Origin: Camelus dromedarius
Lineage: Eukaryota
Assembly (NCBI RefSeq): GCF_036321535.1
Contig: NC_087441.1
Location: 15,066,001 to 15,130,000 of the forward strand
Direction of reading: 5' to 3'
Length of the DNA stretch: 64,000 nucleotides
The notes under the pieces were generated by a model. That model ran no database searches and was not told where the DNA came from. It saw only the letters and a list, made by a program, of their open reading frames with translations. Numbering within the stretch: position 1 is the stretch's first letter; the number at the start of each line of letters is the position of its first letter. The translations under genes and the position numbers were made by a program. Shown in pieces: positions 49,850-62,302 of this stretch.

Positions 49850-50610
49850 AGTGTTGACTGTATTATAGGTTTTGGTATGAATTACTAGGTTACTTTTCAG
49901 AAATGTATCAATTTTATTCCTATCAGTGAGAGTGAGTGCTTCACCATACTCTCTGCTTGTCCTGGACATTAGCTCACTTTTATGTCTTAAAGTTTTAGTT
50001 TTACATTTTGCTTGTCACTGAAGTATCAACAGTGGTGTCACATTGCTTCAAGTCAAATTTCTTGGATTATTTATGAGGATGAAATTTTTTTTCATGTTTT
50101 TAGCTTTTTGTGAAGCTAAGTTCTGAGAACCAATACATCCTTGGCACACGTTTTGCTCTTTTTACTGATTTATGTAAGCTCTTTCTATAGCAGTTTCAAA
50201 CTTTCATCTGCCATTTTTGCTGCAAATATCACCCCCACCCAGTTGTTGTTTACTTAAAAAAAATCTCATTTTTGTTTGTTTATTTTTATTGAAGTACAGT
50301 CAATTACAATGTGTCCATCTCTGGTGTACAGCACAATGTCCCAGTCATGCATGTACATACACATATTCGTTTTCATATATTTTTCCATTAAAGGTTATTA
50401 TAAGATATTGAGCATAGTTCCCTGTGCTATACAAAAGAAGCTTTTTTAAACTCTATTTTTATATATAGTGGCTAACATTTGTAAATCTCAATGTTTACTT
50501 TTTAATTGTGGCTCTTTTTTTAGCCTCAGAGATACTAATACTTTTGTCTTTGTGATTTCTCCCATGGTGCTCATGTTTAAAGTCCTTCCCCATCCCCAAA
50601 TCAGATTCCT
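49850..50610 (-). mobile_element. Old L1ME-like fragment, interrupted by a younger L1
   Basis: gtggtgtcacattgcttcaagtcaaatttcttggattatt...ttgctgcaaatat; resumes after 50492 with tttaaagtccttccccatcccc. Confidence 0.5.
50272..50492 (-). mobile_element. Camelid-type young L1 3' end (5'-truncated)
   Basis: tattgaagtacagtcaattacaatgtgt...gtgtacagcacaatgtcccagtcatgcat...gtggctaacatttgtaaatctcaa. Confidence 0.75.
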
Positions 50611-51599
50611 CTATGATTTGCGTTCACTTGCACAACATACCATAAATCTTGTCAATTCACTGGAGCATGGAGGCATATTCGGGGTGATAAAGTAGAATCA
50701 TTTTAACCTTGAACAGTATTTTTCATCTATGCTATTTTAAGAAAAGAAAGAGAAGACAAGAAGAGAGGGCATAATAGACGGGCAAATATCTGTCGTCTCT
50801 GAGCTCTGAGGACATGAGCTGGATCTGAGTCTCTGGGTAGGAGAGGAAGCCAGCAGCAACTTGCCTCTGCCCTCCTGGTGCTCCTGGTGCTCCTGGGTTT
50901 CAAGCGAGTGTTCTGGCGAGAGTCAGGAAAATAGCTAGAGGCTTGGATTTGCTAACAACCACCCCAGTGCAAGTTACAACTAAAACACCAGTCTCTCCTA
51001 TCTCACCTGACCATCACAGGGATTAAGTGCCTGGAAATCCAGGGGTGAAATGAAGGGGAGTCTCTTAGGGAAGGGAGGGGGAAGTGTGGGGAGGCTGGGA
51101 AGCCTGATTCCTGAGCTTTTCCTTCTGCCCCCGCCTCCCATTTCCTCATTCTTACCAACTTCCTCCAAGACTTAGATACTAATATACAAGGATGGGAGAA
51201 GGGAGATTAGATTTCCACCCAACCAAGTTTACGCCTTCATCCAGTCATACTGCCAGTTTTCTCTTTATTTCCTTGAAACTAAAATTTGCTTATAAGTGAT
51301 AGGTAGAATGTAGTAAAGATCAAACCAGATAAAATATAGGTCTTATTCTGGTAGAATCTCCCTGTGAAAAATGCTTGTTCTGGAATAAGAGCTTCAAAAA
51401 ATGCCCCAAATGAGGAGCAGCTGTTTCTGTTATGTTTAATCAAACTCTCAGGCCAAGAGTTCAAATGCTGCACTGCAATCCACCCTCAGGGAGACCCTGA
51501 AGTCATGATGTGGTAAGCGTACCTAATGCACGAAGAAAAAAGAAAATTATTTCCTATACACTGGCTATGGAGGCATAATTTAGATAAAAAAGCAACAGA

Positions 51600-51770
51600 C
51601 AAGGCATCAGAGGGTTCTAGAATCAGTTCAGCTACTGTGTGACCTCATGTAAGTCAATTTTCCTCTCTGAGTTTCAGTTGCCTCATCCATACAGTTGTCT
51701 ACCCACAGGGTTAATATAACATATGTGAAAGCATTTGTAAACATGATATGGAGCTACACAAATGTGCAAA
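51600..51770 (+). mobile_element. MIR fragment
   Basis: gctactgtgtgacctcatgtaagtca...ctctctgagtttcagttgcctcatc. Confidence 0.55.
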
Positions 51771-54611
51771 ACAGTATGTTCAGTTGAAATAAAATTCTCT
51801 GACTCCTAAACTATCCAATCAAATGAACTACCCTTTGTATGTTTAATTTATGAATTCTAAAATATTAATTGAATATTTTTTAATTTTAGCATGTATATAT
51901 TTCATTGTCAAGTAATATACATAAAACCCTCTTTGGGAATGAATATTAAGATTGGCTACTGATCAGGGTTTAGCTTGCTCAATACTAAATAACATTAATG
52001 ATTATGGAAATTTTTTTCCTTTTAGTCATTTCATTAAAAAGGAGACTCTAGAGTCACAGGTTAATGATTTTCAGCATGAGAATGGTAATGAATGTCTGAT
52101 TCTTGTTTTTCTTGGGATAAACGTTGGCCAGTCTGTTCAAGTTGTCAGTTCGTTTTGTTGTGTTCTCCACCCAAATTGGTCCGAAGCAGTCTAAGTTGGA
52201 CAGGTTTCTAATCCATCACCTTTGCTAGAAAAATTAAACAGTTCCCCTTATTGATGGTGAATCAGTGCTCTTCTGTCTGTATATGTTTACCCAGAAGTCA
52301 AACACTGATTAGTGTAAAAGAAAAAGAATCGCAGGACCTGGAAAGAAAAACTTGTTTTATGGGGAAAAAAAAATCAAAACAAAAAAACCATGTGTATTTT
52401 GGGTATAGTAAATTAGAACTGGGCTTTCCAACCTTTTTTCACATCATGGCACATCTAGAAAATGGTTAGATTTGTATAGCACTCAGGTGTAGACTGGTGG
52501 GATTTGGGGCCCAGACCTAGCTGCTTGTGGCCACACTGAGGGCTGAGGGGGCTGATGTAACGTTCATTGGGATAAAGAGGGTATCCTGCCTCTAAGGATA
52601 ATGAAATAGAGGAAGGGTGAGCAAACACGTTGAAATCAACACAGCCACACATCTCAAACTGGACTCTACTTACTAAGTCAGCTCTTTTACCTCATCATCT
52701 CATTTCTGTGACTTACATCTCTACCCAAGCTGGAAGTATTTAAGTTAATGCTATATTTTAGCTCCTTTTGGTGCATTCAACTCAGCAGATATTTACTGAG
52801 CACTTTAGTGCAGGACACTATTTTGATTGAAATCAGTCATGGAACCAATTTAAAGTTCTAGGTTCTGTCCTTCTTCTCCAGCCCACCCCCCCCTGCACAC
52901 ACCAGATGACAGAGTTTTTGCATTTCTTCCCCCATTATATAGTCAGAGTCAGAATTCCATTCAGATGGTCCCTGTTTCCTACATGCCACCCACTGGCCAA
53001 ATCCACCAGAGAGACAGCAGACGAAGAGCCCAGGTGATAGAGTTCACAAGGATCAGCATCTCGGGAGAGAGAGTCTGCGAAGAAGGGCAGTGAATGTGGG
53101 GTGGGGGAGAGGTCAAAGTGAGAATAACCAGTTCACCTGCTAATTAACTCAGAAATGGAAAAATTATTACCTCATGTTACTTTCCTTTTCTGAAACACCC
53201 AAGAGCTTCTCTTTGCCCTTAGAGTAAAATACAGATTTCTTCCCAAATTCTTGGCAGTCAGTCTCAGTCTTATCTTTTATCTTGCCTTTTTGGATATGCA
53301 TCCTGGCCCTGACACTTGTTGTGCTCCCGCGAGCTCATTATTTAACTTCAATGGGGCCTTTATTTCCTATTATACAAACAGGGTACAGTACCCTTCTTGC
53401 AGATCTGCTGAAAGAGCAGAGTGATCTTTGTGTTTTAGATCTGCCCTGCTAGATTCTACATATTCCACTGTCTCCAGAGGTGTAGTGACAATCCCACATG
53501 AAACCTTTTATTCAGGTCTTCACTGATCTCTCTCCTCCTCCACATTTAGCCCCTATGGGTCCCAGTAAGTTTTTGTAGGTTAAAGGAATGTGAATTGAGA
53601 GTTATCCGAATCTTCTTCTGGTTCAGGCTGCCTTGATGACAGGGCAATAGGGCATCCTTGACTTCTTCCTATGTCCTTGTTTGTTTCATTGCACTACTTT
53701 CTACTTACCTTTATAGCTGCAGGCGTGGGATTGCATGAGGGTTATCGTGATCATCAAGTCATCACATGACTCACCTCTTGATCATCGAATAAGAATTTCA
53801 ATCATGTTGTAATTATATAGCACACTCAGGAAGGACTATCTGATAAAGAGCAATTTAAAAAATACTATGGTAATTTTCTAAAAGTAACAAAACTCAAGCA
53901 GGTTACACAGCCTGGGAGAGATGATAACCTGTTGATCAACTGATGGTGTGTGTGATGTGTTTCAAATACCTTAACCATGACTTCCTTCTGGCCCATACTG
54001 CTCGAAAGCACTGACGGAAAATAAGCAGGTATGGGAGGAAGGTTAGGTTTAGAAAGACCTTGGGATTTCTTGAGTAAATTGTTGTGGAGACGGCTCCCCC
54101 TAGCGTACTGAACAAAACAGGTACCCCAGTGTGTAAAAGCCGAGCTCAAATTCAAGAGCCAAGTATTCTTGTCTCCAAACACCAACCTTATCTGAACAGC
54201 TTGAGATCTCTCTTTGGCCACTCTCTTCCTTCCTAGTGAAAAGCCAACCGCAGATCAGGGTAGAAATGGGTCATGTGTCTTTTACCCGATTTGATCTGAG
54301 CATCAGTCGTCATGGAAATACTGAACTGATCTGAGGTATCCAAATCATATTAAAAAGCACAAAACGTTGTACCTGAAAAAGACTTTCTCATGAGGGATGC
54401 GAATGAAATTAGGGAGAATAAACAAAATTAAAAGATGGCTCCTTGTTAATTATTTTACTAAATATGTTATTTGCCTTCATCTCCTGTTTGACAAAATGTT
54501 AATCAAATATATTCTTCTCAAGCAGGATGTATGGGCCCTTGGAAGACCAAAACACGAACCACAGCAGAGGGAAAGCACTCTTCCAACGCGGGGGAAATGA
54601 CTTACATTAAA

Positions 54612-54780
54612 GCAATGCTTTTCAAAGCATCATCTCCAGAACACTAGCTCCACAGGCTATTAATGGGTCTTCATAAGAGTTTCATGGCAAATAGTTTTGA
54701 GAAATGTAGGGTTTGACAAAATAAATTGATTTTTTTTAAACTCCATATTCCTTGAGGCCCTTAGCATGCTCTTAAAATAC
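54612..54780. mobile_element. hAT-Charlie MITE fragment
   Basis: gcaatgcttttcaaagcatcatctccagaacactagctcc...caaatagttttgagaaatg. Confidence 0.45.
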
Positions 54781-56249
54781 CACTGTACTGTGTGACGTTA
54801 GTCTTTGAACTTCAGTATCTCCCAAATTCACACGATGGTTTTTTGTTTTTTTTTGTTTTTTTGTTTTTTTTGCCATGCTATCTCACACACCTGGTTCATG
54901 AATTATCCTTTGGGAACAGGCACTGGACTAGAATTTCATTAACTTTCAATCAAAGATGGAGAACAAATAGGAGAGTGTGCCAAAGGAGGAAAGAAAGCAG
55001 TAAATTTGATATAAGCAGCAAACAGGGTGGCTGTAAGGAAGTCTGTGGTTAGTGTCATAACTCTCTATCGTATATGAAATATCAGTAATGCAACATATTA
55101 AAGTCTCATCTCATGGCGGTCCTATAGTGGGGTCAGAAGGATCGGCCATGCTGAACACACCACCAGCCCACAAAATCATTACCAGATTTCTCCCACAGCA
55201 TCACAGCAGTGATGCCACTTCTGAGAATGAGAAACACGACTCCAGAAAGTGCAGGACTCCATCCTATCAGGCTTTCAACTTTCACTGAAACTTTTCCTTG
55301 TGTACAACCTGTACTAATTCACAAAGATGGTTTAAGCTCCTTATTGGTAACAGGATCACAGACACACAGGCTATGTTAAAGGAGTTAGACGAAGCTTGTA
55401 TTTAGTATAAGCTGTGAGTTAAAGATAAATCCTATAACTCACATCTAGACAAACTTCCATGTGGGGAAAATTGGAAATCCACAGCGTGGTTTGTATGGAT
55501 AACAGCACAGGATACAACACTGACTCACATCCAGTAGAATGAACCTCTCTTATCAGCTCCGTTCACATTTCAGAAGCGCTGCTTTCCATCAACTCAGGTA
55601 TGCTGGTCAAAAACACTTGGAGACAGGAGGGACTGGGGGCATCAATGGACCTGGACTTATGTGTAATTCTATTCTCTTTTGCTGGGGACACAGCATCTTG
55701 TGGAGAAAACCTTGGTCAGCCCCAGAAGGACTGTGGCTCAGTCTCCTAGCACATGGTTGTGGCTGGTGGGACAAGGCTCATCCCAGAAGCAGCTCTTGCT
55801 TTTCAGGGGACGTCCTATTTCTTCCTAATGCTTTCCAGCTGGGTTGACATCACACACGGGGAGGTCAAGTGATTTACTCAAATGCCCAGTGAAATAGACC
55901 AGCTGGGACTTGAACTAGGGAACTTTGCTGGTTCGCAGCCCTTGCCCTAGTCAGTTGACGCTCTGCTTCCTGGTTTTCACCTCTTCTCCGAGTTGCCCCA
56001 GGCAGCCAGCGTGCTGTGTCTGGCGCAGCCCATCCTCCCGGCTGTCCCTGCTCAGAACTGGAATAAGAGGCGTGTTACAGGTCAAGCCTGAATGTTCTGG
56101 CAGTGCAGTGGAAGGCAGATTGCTCCATGCCTGCTCAAAGCATACACTGTCTGGCGAAAGCCAGATTGAAGATAGCTACACCCACACGCCAAGATTCCAA
56201 AAGGAAAAACTTAGCTCACATTTTTCCTTTGCATGGTGATTTTTCTTCC

Positions 56250-56404
56250 NNNNNNNNNNNNNNNNNNNNNNNNNNNNNNNNNNNNNNNNNNNNNNNNNNN
56301 NNNNNNNNNNNNNNNNNNNNNNNNNNNNNNNNNNNNNNNNNNNNNNNNNNNNNNNNNNNNNNNNNNNNNNNNNNNNNNNNNNNNNNNNNNNNNNNNNNNN
56401 NNNN
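56250..56404. other. Assembly gap (155 N)
   Basis: N run. Confidence 1.
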
Positions 56405-56861
56405 CAGCACCGGAGCTCCGAGCCAAGCCTGCCCTAGGCAGAAAGGAATTCTCAAGTGAGTGGAGCAGTGAGTGAGTGAGGAGGCCTGCGAATGATCAGG
56501 GCCTGGTTATCCTCTAGTTCTGCTTTTCCAGGGGCATGTCTACACTCAACTTCAACTAGTTTTATGAGCTTCATTTGATTTTATTTTTTGAGATGGGTCC
56601 ATCTGAAATGCCTTACAGTAAGTGGGACATGAGTCTTCATTTTGCCTTTAAGGAAAACAAAACTCTATAATCTGAAATGGGCAAATGTGGTCCAAGTCTC
56701 TTTATCCAGAAACAAGAACCTCTGTGTCCTTGGAGTAGAGAGAAAAATCTAGAATGTTTATCTTGACCCCAGTCTCTGAGGACTTACGTGATTGAAAATC
56801 AATAGTGCCTCCCTCTGTGGAAGAGGAGCCGCCACTCCCAGCCCCTGGGAGAGCCGCAGAG

Positions 56862-56894
56862 TGCACCTCCCTGCACTGCCTCCAGGGGGCAGGT
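56862..56894 (+). promoter_or_regulatory. Candidate CTCF binding site (core plus upstream module)
   Basis: Core CCTCCAGGGGGCAG at 56879-56892 fits CC-N-S-Y-AG-R-K-GGC-R; TGCACCTCC starts 17 bp upstream of the core CC. Confidence 0.6.
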
Positions 56895-57054
56895 GGTACT
56901 GGGTATGGTGGAGTGTGCCTCATCATTTCCATTCCAGACTCTAGGTCAGTAGATAGACTCCGGCTTTATCATCATTTTATAGTTTTAATTTGGTAGATAC
57001 TCAAAAGTTAATCAAACCCTCAGTGGAAAACGTGAGCCTGTGATGTATTCGCAT

Positions 57055-57110
57055 CTCCCATCTGGACCTCAGTTTCCTCATCTGTAAAATGAGGGGATGG
57101 ACCAGACGAC
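57055..57110 (+). mobile_element. MIR core fragment
   Basis: ctggacctcagtttcctcatctgtaaaatgagggg. Confidence 0.7.
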
Positions 57111-57212
57111 TGCTGAGCCCCACTGCAGCTCTAGGGGTCTGTGCCTTTAGGCTTCCTTCGCTCCTAGTTGGAGTTTGGTTCATCTGCTCTAACTTTTCTG
57201 CTGTAATCTGGG

Positions 57213-57595
57213 TGTTACGGGCTGAATTATGTCCCCACGAAATTCATGTGCTGATGCCCTAACCTCAGAATGTGATTATACCTGGAGACAGGGCCTTTAC
57301 AGAGGTGAGCAAATTAAACTGAGGTCTCCAGGGTGGGCCTTAATCCAGTATGACTGGGGTCCTTACAAAAAGGGGAAAAGTGGGCACAGATGTGACCTTA
57401 CGTGGAAGGAAGACCATGTGGAGACACAGGGAGAAGACAGTCTTGTGCGTGCCAAGGAGAGAGGCTTCAGAAGAAACCAAGCTGCTGACACCTTGCTCGC
57501 AGACTTCTAGCCTCCAGAATTGTGAGAAAATAAATTTGCTGTTTAAGCCACTCTGTCGTGGAACTCAGTTACGACAGCTCTAGACAACGAATGCA
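57213..57595 (+). mobile_element. MaLR solo LTR, MLT1B-like, full length
   Basis: Starts tgttacgggctgaattatgtcccc, ends aacgaatgca; perfect 5-bp TSD CTGGG (57208-57212 and 57596-57600). Confidence 0.9.
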
Positions 57596-58687
57596 CTGGG
57601 TTACAGCACAATGACTTTTCTGGGCTGTGAAAGAAGTCCTATGTGTTTTTCCTAACAGAATTTTCATACTGGTTTCAGCTTAACATAGACTTTCCTTTTG
57701 CAGGATATTCAAAATACTTTTTAAAAAGTCAACTTCTTTGTCAGCAGATGGAAGTAAATCATTTTAGTTAAATAAATCCTCTTTATTTTTACTTGAAGGG
57801 AGTTTCACAATTTTGACCCACAGAACTATCTTCCTGAATGGCTGTGAATCATCATTTTGCCTTTTAAAGAATCCTGCCATTACGTATAAAATTCATTTAA
57901 GGCCAAATAGCTCACTGGATAAGGCCGCAGGTAGCAGCACATTTATAAAGAACTTCAGACCACACAAGCAGCTCCGGAGTGGGCAGAGTCCTGGTTTTGT
58001 TTAGTACTTTTGCCTTTAAAGTTCACGCGGAGTCAAACATCCCGTGACTGGGTTACAAGCAAACAAATTAAATGATAAAGAAAGGTAATCACTTATCACT
58101 TTGCTGTTTAAGACTCTAGGATTCTTATTTGAAGTGAAACGTGTTACCATCAAAATGAGTTTTTCTTTCACTTAGTACCAAGATTCGGGTTCTTTTCTTC
58201 TACAAAACAGTCACATGGAGTTGGACTGGATTTCCAGGATCTAGAAAGCATGGGGATTTCACGCCCCCAACCCCCACTCCATAAGTCCCATCTGATGCAG
58301 CAGTGAAATTTCTCAGGAAGAGCATTTCTGGATCAGAACTTGCTCCCTTGGGAGATTAGGATCATCCAGCTTTGGAGGTTCTACATGTCTGAGAAAAAGA
58401 TCAGAGTACATGCCAAGAGACGTGGGACAGCACAGCCTTACTTTCCCACGTTACTGCAGGTGGCCAGCGTAGATACCCACTATTGTGGTTGAGGATTCTG
58501 ATGAAGCATCCTGACACCTAACCAACCAGTGCCCATAGCAACAAAGCCAGCAGCTGTTTTGTGTCATCTCATTACAAGAATAAGAGTTTCTAGACTTTTA
58601 AAAATACATCTTTCCAAAAATCACATCTTCAGGAAAAAGCTTGGCCAACTAAGAAGCTTGAGGGGGCTGTGAGGAACTGCAGGCACG

Positions 58688-58803
58688 TTTATTTCCAGCT
58701 ATCAACAGAATGGAAAAAATTCCCACTTATTTATATACATTTATTTACTTAGGTAATGAATAAGTTAAGGAACACTTCATCTCAAACACAGATTGCTTTT
58801 ATT
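58688..58803 (-). terminator. UST: Cluster of AATAAA poly(A) signals, probable UST transcript end
   Basis: Minus-strand AATAAA at 58798-58803, 58740-58745 and 58688-58693; GU-rich tgtgtttg lies just downstream of the first. Confidence 0.55.
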
Positions 58804-61471
58804 TTAGCTAAGCTAATGTTTCAGTTCCATATACATTTTTGAATTTCCATCGATGTCAAACACATTTTTTTCTTTCTTCTTAAAAAAAAATGATTTACAA
58901 GCACTTTGACANNNNNNNNNNNNNNNNNNNNNNNNNNNNNNNNNNNNNNNNNNNNNNNNNNNNNNNNNNNNNNNNNNNNNNNNNNNNNNNNNNNNNNNNN
59001 NNNNNNNNNNNNNNNNNNNNNNNNNNNNNNNNNNNNNNNNNNNNNNNNNNNNNNNNNNNNNNNNNNNCAACCAGCTTAAAATGTATTTTTTAAATTAAAC
59101 TATGTAAAATGTACAATATATTTCATGAAGTACAAACCATGTTGGGCTCAGGGCCAAAGAAATGTTGTCATGTGTCCTGAATAAACTGATGAAGTGCCTT
59201 GACTTTTAGGATCCAGAGGCTGTTTGTTGGGACACAATCACACTAAGGCCCTGTAAATAAATCAGTCCGCATCTTTCGTTGTGATGTTGTAATGATCACT
59301 ACTGGCAATAAATGCCTTTGAACACACAGCTAGCAGGGCTCACGGAACTTGCACTAAAAGGATGCTTTTTTTTTCCCACATGACCAATTGTCCTGATGTT
59401 CTGACAACATCAGAGAACACTAAGCCAATTTTATTTTCAGATGGTGAGATTGCACAGTGTGTAAACTAACAATCACTCTTTATATGTGATTTCATAGAAG
59501 TGACTCACAATGCAGAGGGCAGCCGCTCCTGCTCTTATTTTGAATATGACAGTTGTTCTCCACGTTGATTTTTAAAGTAAGTCTAGAGGTAGGGCCCTGG
59601 CTTCTCTAAACAGGACAAAGGATACTTCCTCTTCTAAGAACATTCCCCTTACTCACTTCCCTACCCCAGGTCTCTGAGGCAGGAAGGAGGCTCACAAGTG
59701 GCCAGATGCTGGACTTTGTGCCTCCACAGTCCCAGCCTTCACTGGACTCCTGGGGGGTGGAGCCTTCTCAATACCCCTCATGATAAAGTAGCTTTAGTGC
59801 ATACTCGACAGGTTCCAAATGACTTGCTTTATATCTTGGCTACCGTCCAATTTTAGTGAACGAAGGAAAAATCCTAGAGAGATTTGTTGGTTTCTGAAAA
59901 GTAGAAAATGTATAGCATGTGTAAAGTCAGAGTCTTATTTACTATTAAGTATTCCCAACTCACACTTTGCTAGCGCCCTCGAAGGGCTGGCTCTAGGAGA
60001 AAAAACACAAAGGAGACAAAATTTGTCACAAACATCCTGCCTGCCACCACCACCTGCACCCCTACTTCTCAGCTGGCTGTATACTGTCCACCCAGGAGTA
60101 TATGTATTTTGTGGGGGGTGGGCTGGGGGCAGGGCTGTCAAAGATGAAAACATTTCAGAATCCAAAGAAACAGGTTTTCTAAGGATTGACCCAAGGCATC
60201 ATGGAGAGGTGGCAGGTGATGGGAGTGGGATGGGAGATACTGTGGAGCCATGGAACTGCCCAGCTTCTACTCAGGTCACTTAGGGGGCAGACAGCAATTT
60301 ATAAAGCTGGGCAAGCAGTCTCCTACCCAGAAGCTCTTGCTTCTCTTCCCGATGTCCTAGTCAGGGTTCTCAGGAGTGAGCTGATTCCATAGTAAATGGG
60401 ACTGTGGTTTCACAGCTTCCTGCACAGAACTCAATACCCCTTTTTACCAAAAACAGGTACCTCTTAAGGGACTAAACGGTGAAAGATATCAGCCACTATG
60501 TGACCCAGCTGGCCAGCAGTGTGCCTGACAGATCATACACTGTCTGTGGTCAGGCTTAGAACTTATGCCACAGCAGTCAAATATCAGAGTTAAACTGGTT
60601 CCTGGGTTTCCAGTTCAAGCAGTGTGGGTAAGACACGTGTTTCATATTGGGTGCAAAGGGCACCGCCATTTCCCTATGCCACATGACCTCCAGAGTTGCT
60701 CTGTCTCACCCATACTCTTCCTTACACAGCCAATAAATTCTTCTCCCTGCTCTGCTGCTTTGAAATCTGTCAGGATGGTGCTTGGAAATGGAGTATCTCA
60801 AAGGAGCCTGCCATGCACTTTGACCTTGAAAGGCACTCAAGGCTCTGGACTGGCTAAAGATATGGCACAAGCCGACTTGTTCTTTCAGAGATGAGAAGTA
60901 TGCTGCTCTTGGTGAAAGTGTCCCCTGAGATGGACCAGAGGCAGGTTTCTGCCCGTGTGGGCAGAAACCACTTTTCCAGGGACATTCGCTTTTCTGATGT
61001 CCTCATCTGTCTTACCATCTCCTCTTAGATCCTTCTAGAGTATATGCCCTGGTCTCTGAAGTGGTTTTGTGTTTCTACTGAAATATACAAGTCTGGATGT
61101 TTCCTACCACTGAGGTAATATCTTTACTAGTCATTTTACAAATGATAAGTTATTGGGCCATAGGCTGTATTTCTCCCCCTTCTCTTCTTATACTAGGGGA
61201 AGAAAAGCTGTTTAAAGATGAGATGCCTTGTGGTAGAGCCATCTAGTGTACCTGGGAAGGACCCGAGGAGCCAGAAAAACACAGAACAGAATTAAAACAA
61301 ATAAAACCCGCAAAACCGGGCATCTCCCAATGACCCCAACATGTGGGAATGGTTTTGTTCTTTTTAATGCAGCCGAGCATTAATTTAGTCCCTTAGGATT
61401 TTTTTTTCCCTAAACAAAAAAACTTTCTGGAAAAGGGCGATTAAGCCATTGGAGGCAACCCAGCGCTGGTA
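58780..61471 (-). other. UST: UST 3' UTR (approximate end)
   Basis: Follows the UST stop codon; ~2.7 kb with no recognisable interspersed repeat, ending at the poly(A) cluster; length similar to the recalled human UTR. Confidence 0.65.
58912..59067. other. Assembly gap (156 N) inside the UST 3' UTR
   Basis: N run. Confidence 1.
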
Positions 61472-61755
61472 TCACCTCTTATAAATATCTTCCAGCCACT
61501 TCTCGTCGTCCTGTTCCTCGTCATCCATCGGCTCCTCGGTTTCCAGTGGAGTCGGAATAAAGAACTGGGGTCTCAGGGCGGGACGGCTGACGCGAGACTT
61601 CAGTCCGAACTTGCGCTTCAGCAGGTGGAACTGCTCCTTGACGTAGTGGTAGAACTCGTACTCGTATCTCATTCGCTGGTAGAGAATCTGCACGGCCTCG
61701 GGGGAGGGAACAGTCTTCTTCACGGTCACAGTCATGTTTCCAAGTTTCCTATGCT
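61472..61755 (-). CDS. UST: Uronyl 2-sulfotransferase, final coding exon (C-terminal 93 aa, phase-1 start)
   Basis: Acceptor ccccgcctctcttccag|AG CAT AGG..., giving (E)HRKLGNMTVTVKKTVPSPEAVQILYQRMRYEYEFYHYVKEQFHLLKRKFG...DDEKWLEDIYKR* (TGA at 61474-61472), recognisably the UST C-terminus. The ORF-track Met at 61735 is internal, not the start. Confidence 0.96.
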
Positions 61756-62302
61756 CTGGAAGAGAGGCGGGGTTGCCCGTGAGCCACGGTCTGTAACAGC
61801 CACAGCTGCGAGGGGGTGATGGGGAGGTCCCGTATCACCGGCATAATACTGGCAGCTCCTAAGGAAAGAACTTTAACATCCAAGGACTAGAAGGGGAAAA
61901 TGGCTTCCCAACATCTGGGAAGATTTCACCATATTCCAGGTGTCAATACCAACACCAGTTGACTAAACCTAATCTAGCTAACATCCCTTTCAAGGGATGT
62001 TGAACTATGTTTGGACCACAATTCAATTGCTAGCTATAAGTTAGTTATACATTCTTTTGAACAGCAAAATCTACCTGCTTTTCATGTTTTATTTCAGAAG
62101 AAAGCACAGAAAAAAAGCTGTCTTACCCCTTTCTGGCCATCTTGGTTTTGTATTTTAAAATACTGACATCTATGACTGAAAGTTTAATTTGACACAAATG
62201 CCACTGCATTTCACTATTTCAGCAAGGCATTTGTCAAGAAAAGTAAAGGCAGGACTGTTGAATTCCCTAAATACAACTGTAACTGCTGTAAATACTGAAT
62301 GA

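Noticed and set aside
59819-60283. 154-aa plus-strand ORF
   Set aside because: Antisense to the UST 3' UTR; no homology and low-complexity composition.
59449-61117. miRNA seed matches in the UST 3' UTR (miR-25/92 at 59449, let-7 at 59586 and 61111, miR-19 at 60651, miR-124 at 60830)
   Set aside because: 7-mers at roughly chance frequency in 2.7 kb; conservation cannot be assessed here.
61625-61819. 64-aa plus-strand ORF
   Set aside because: Antisense shadow of the UST coding exon.
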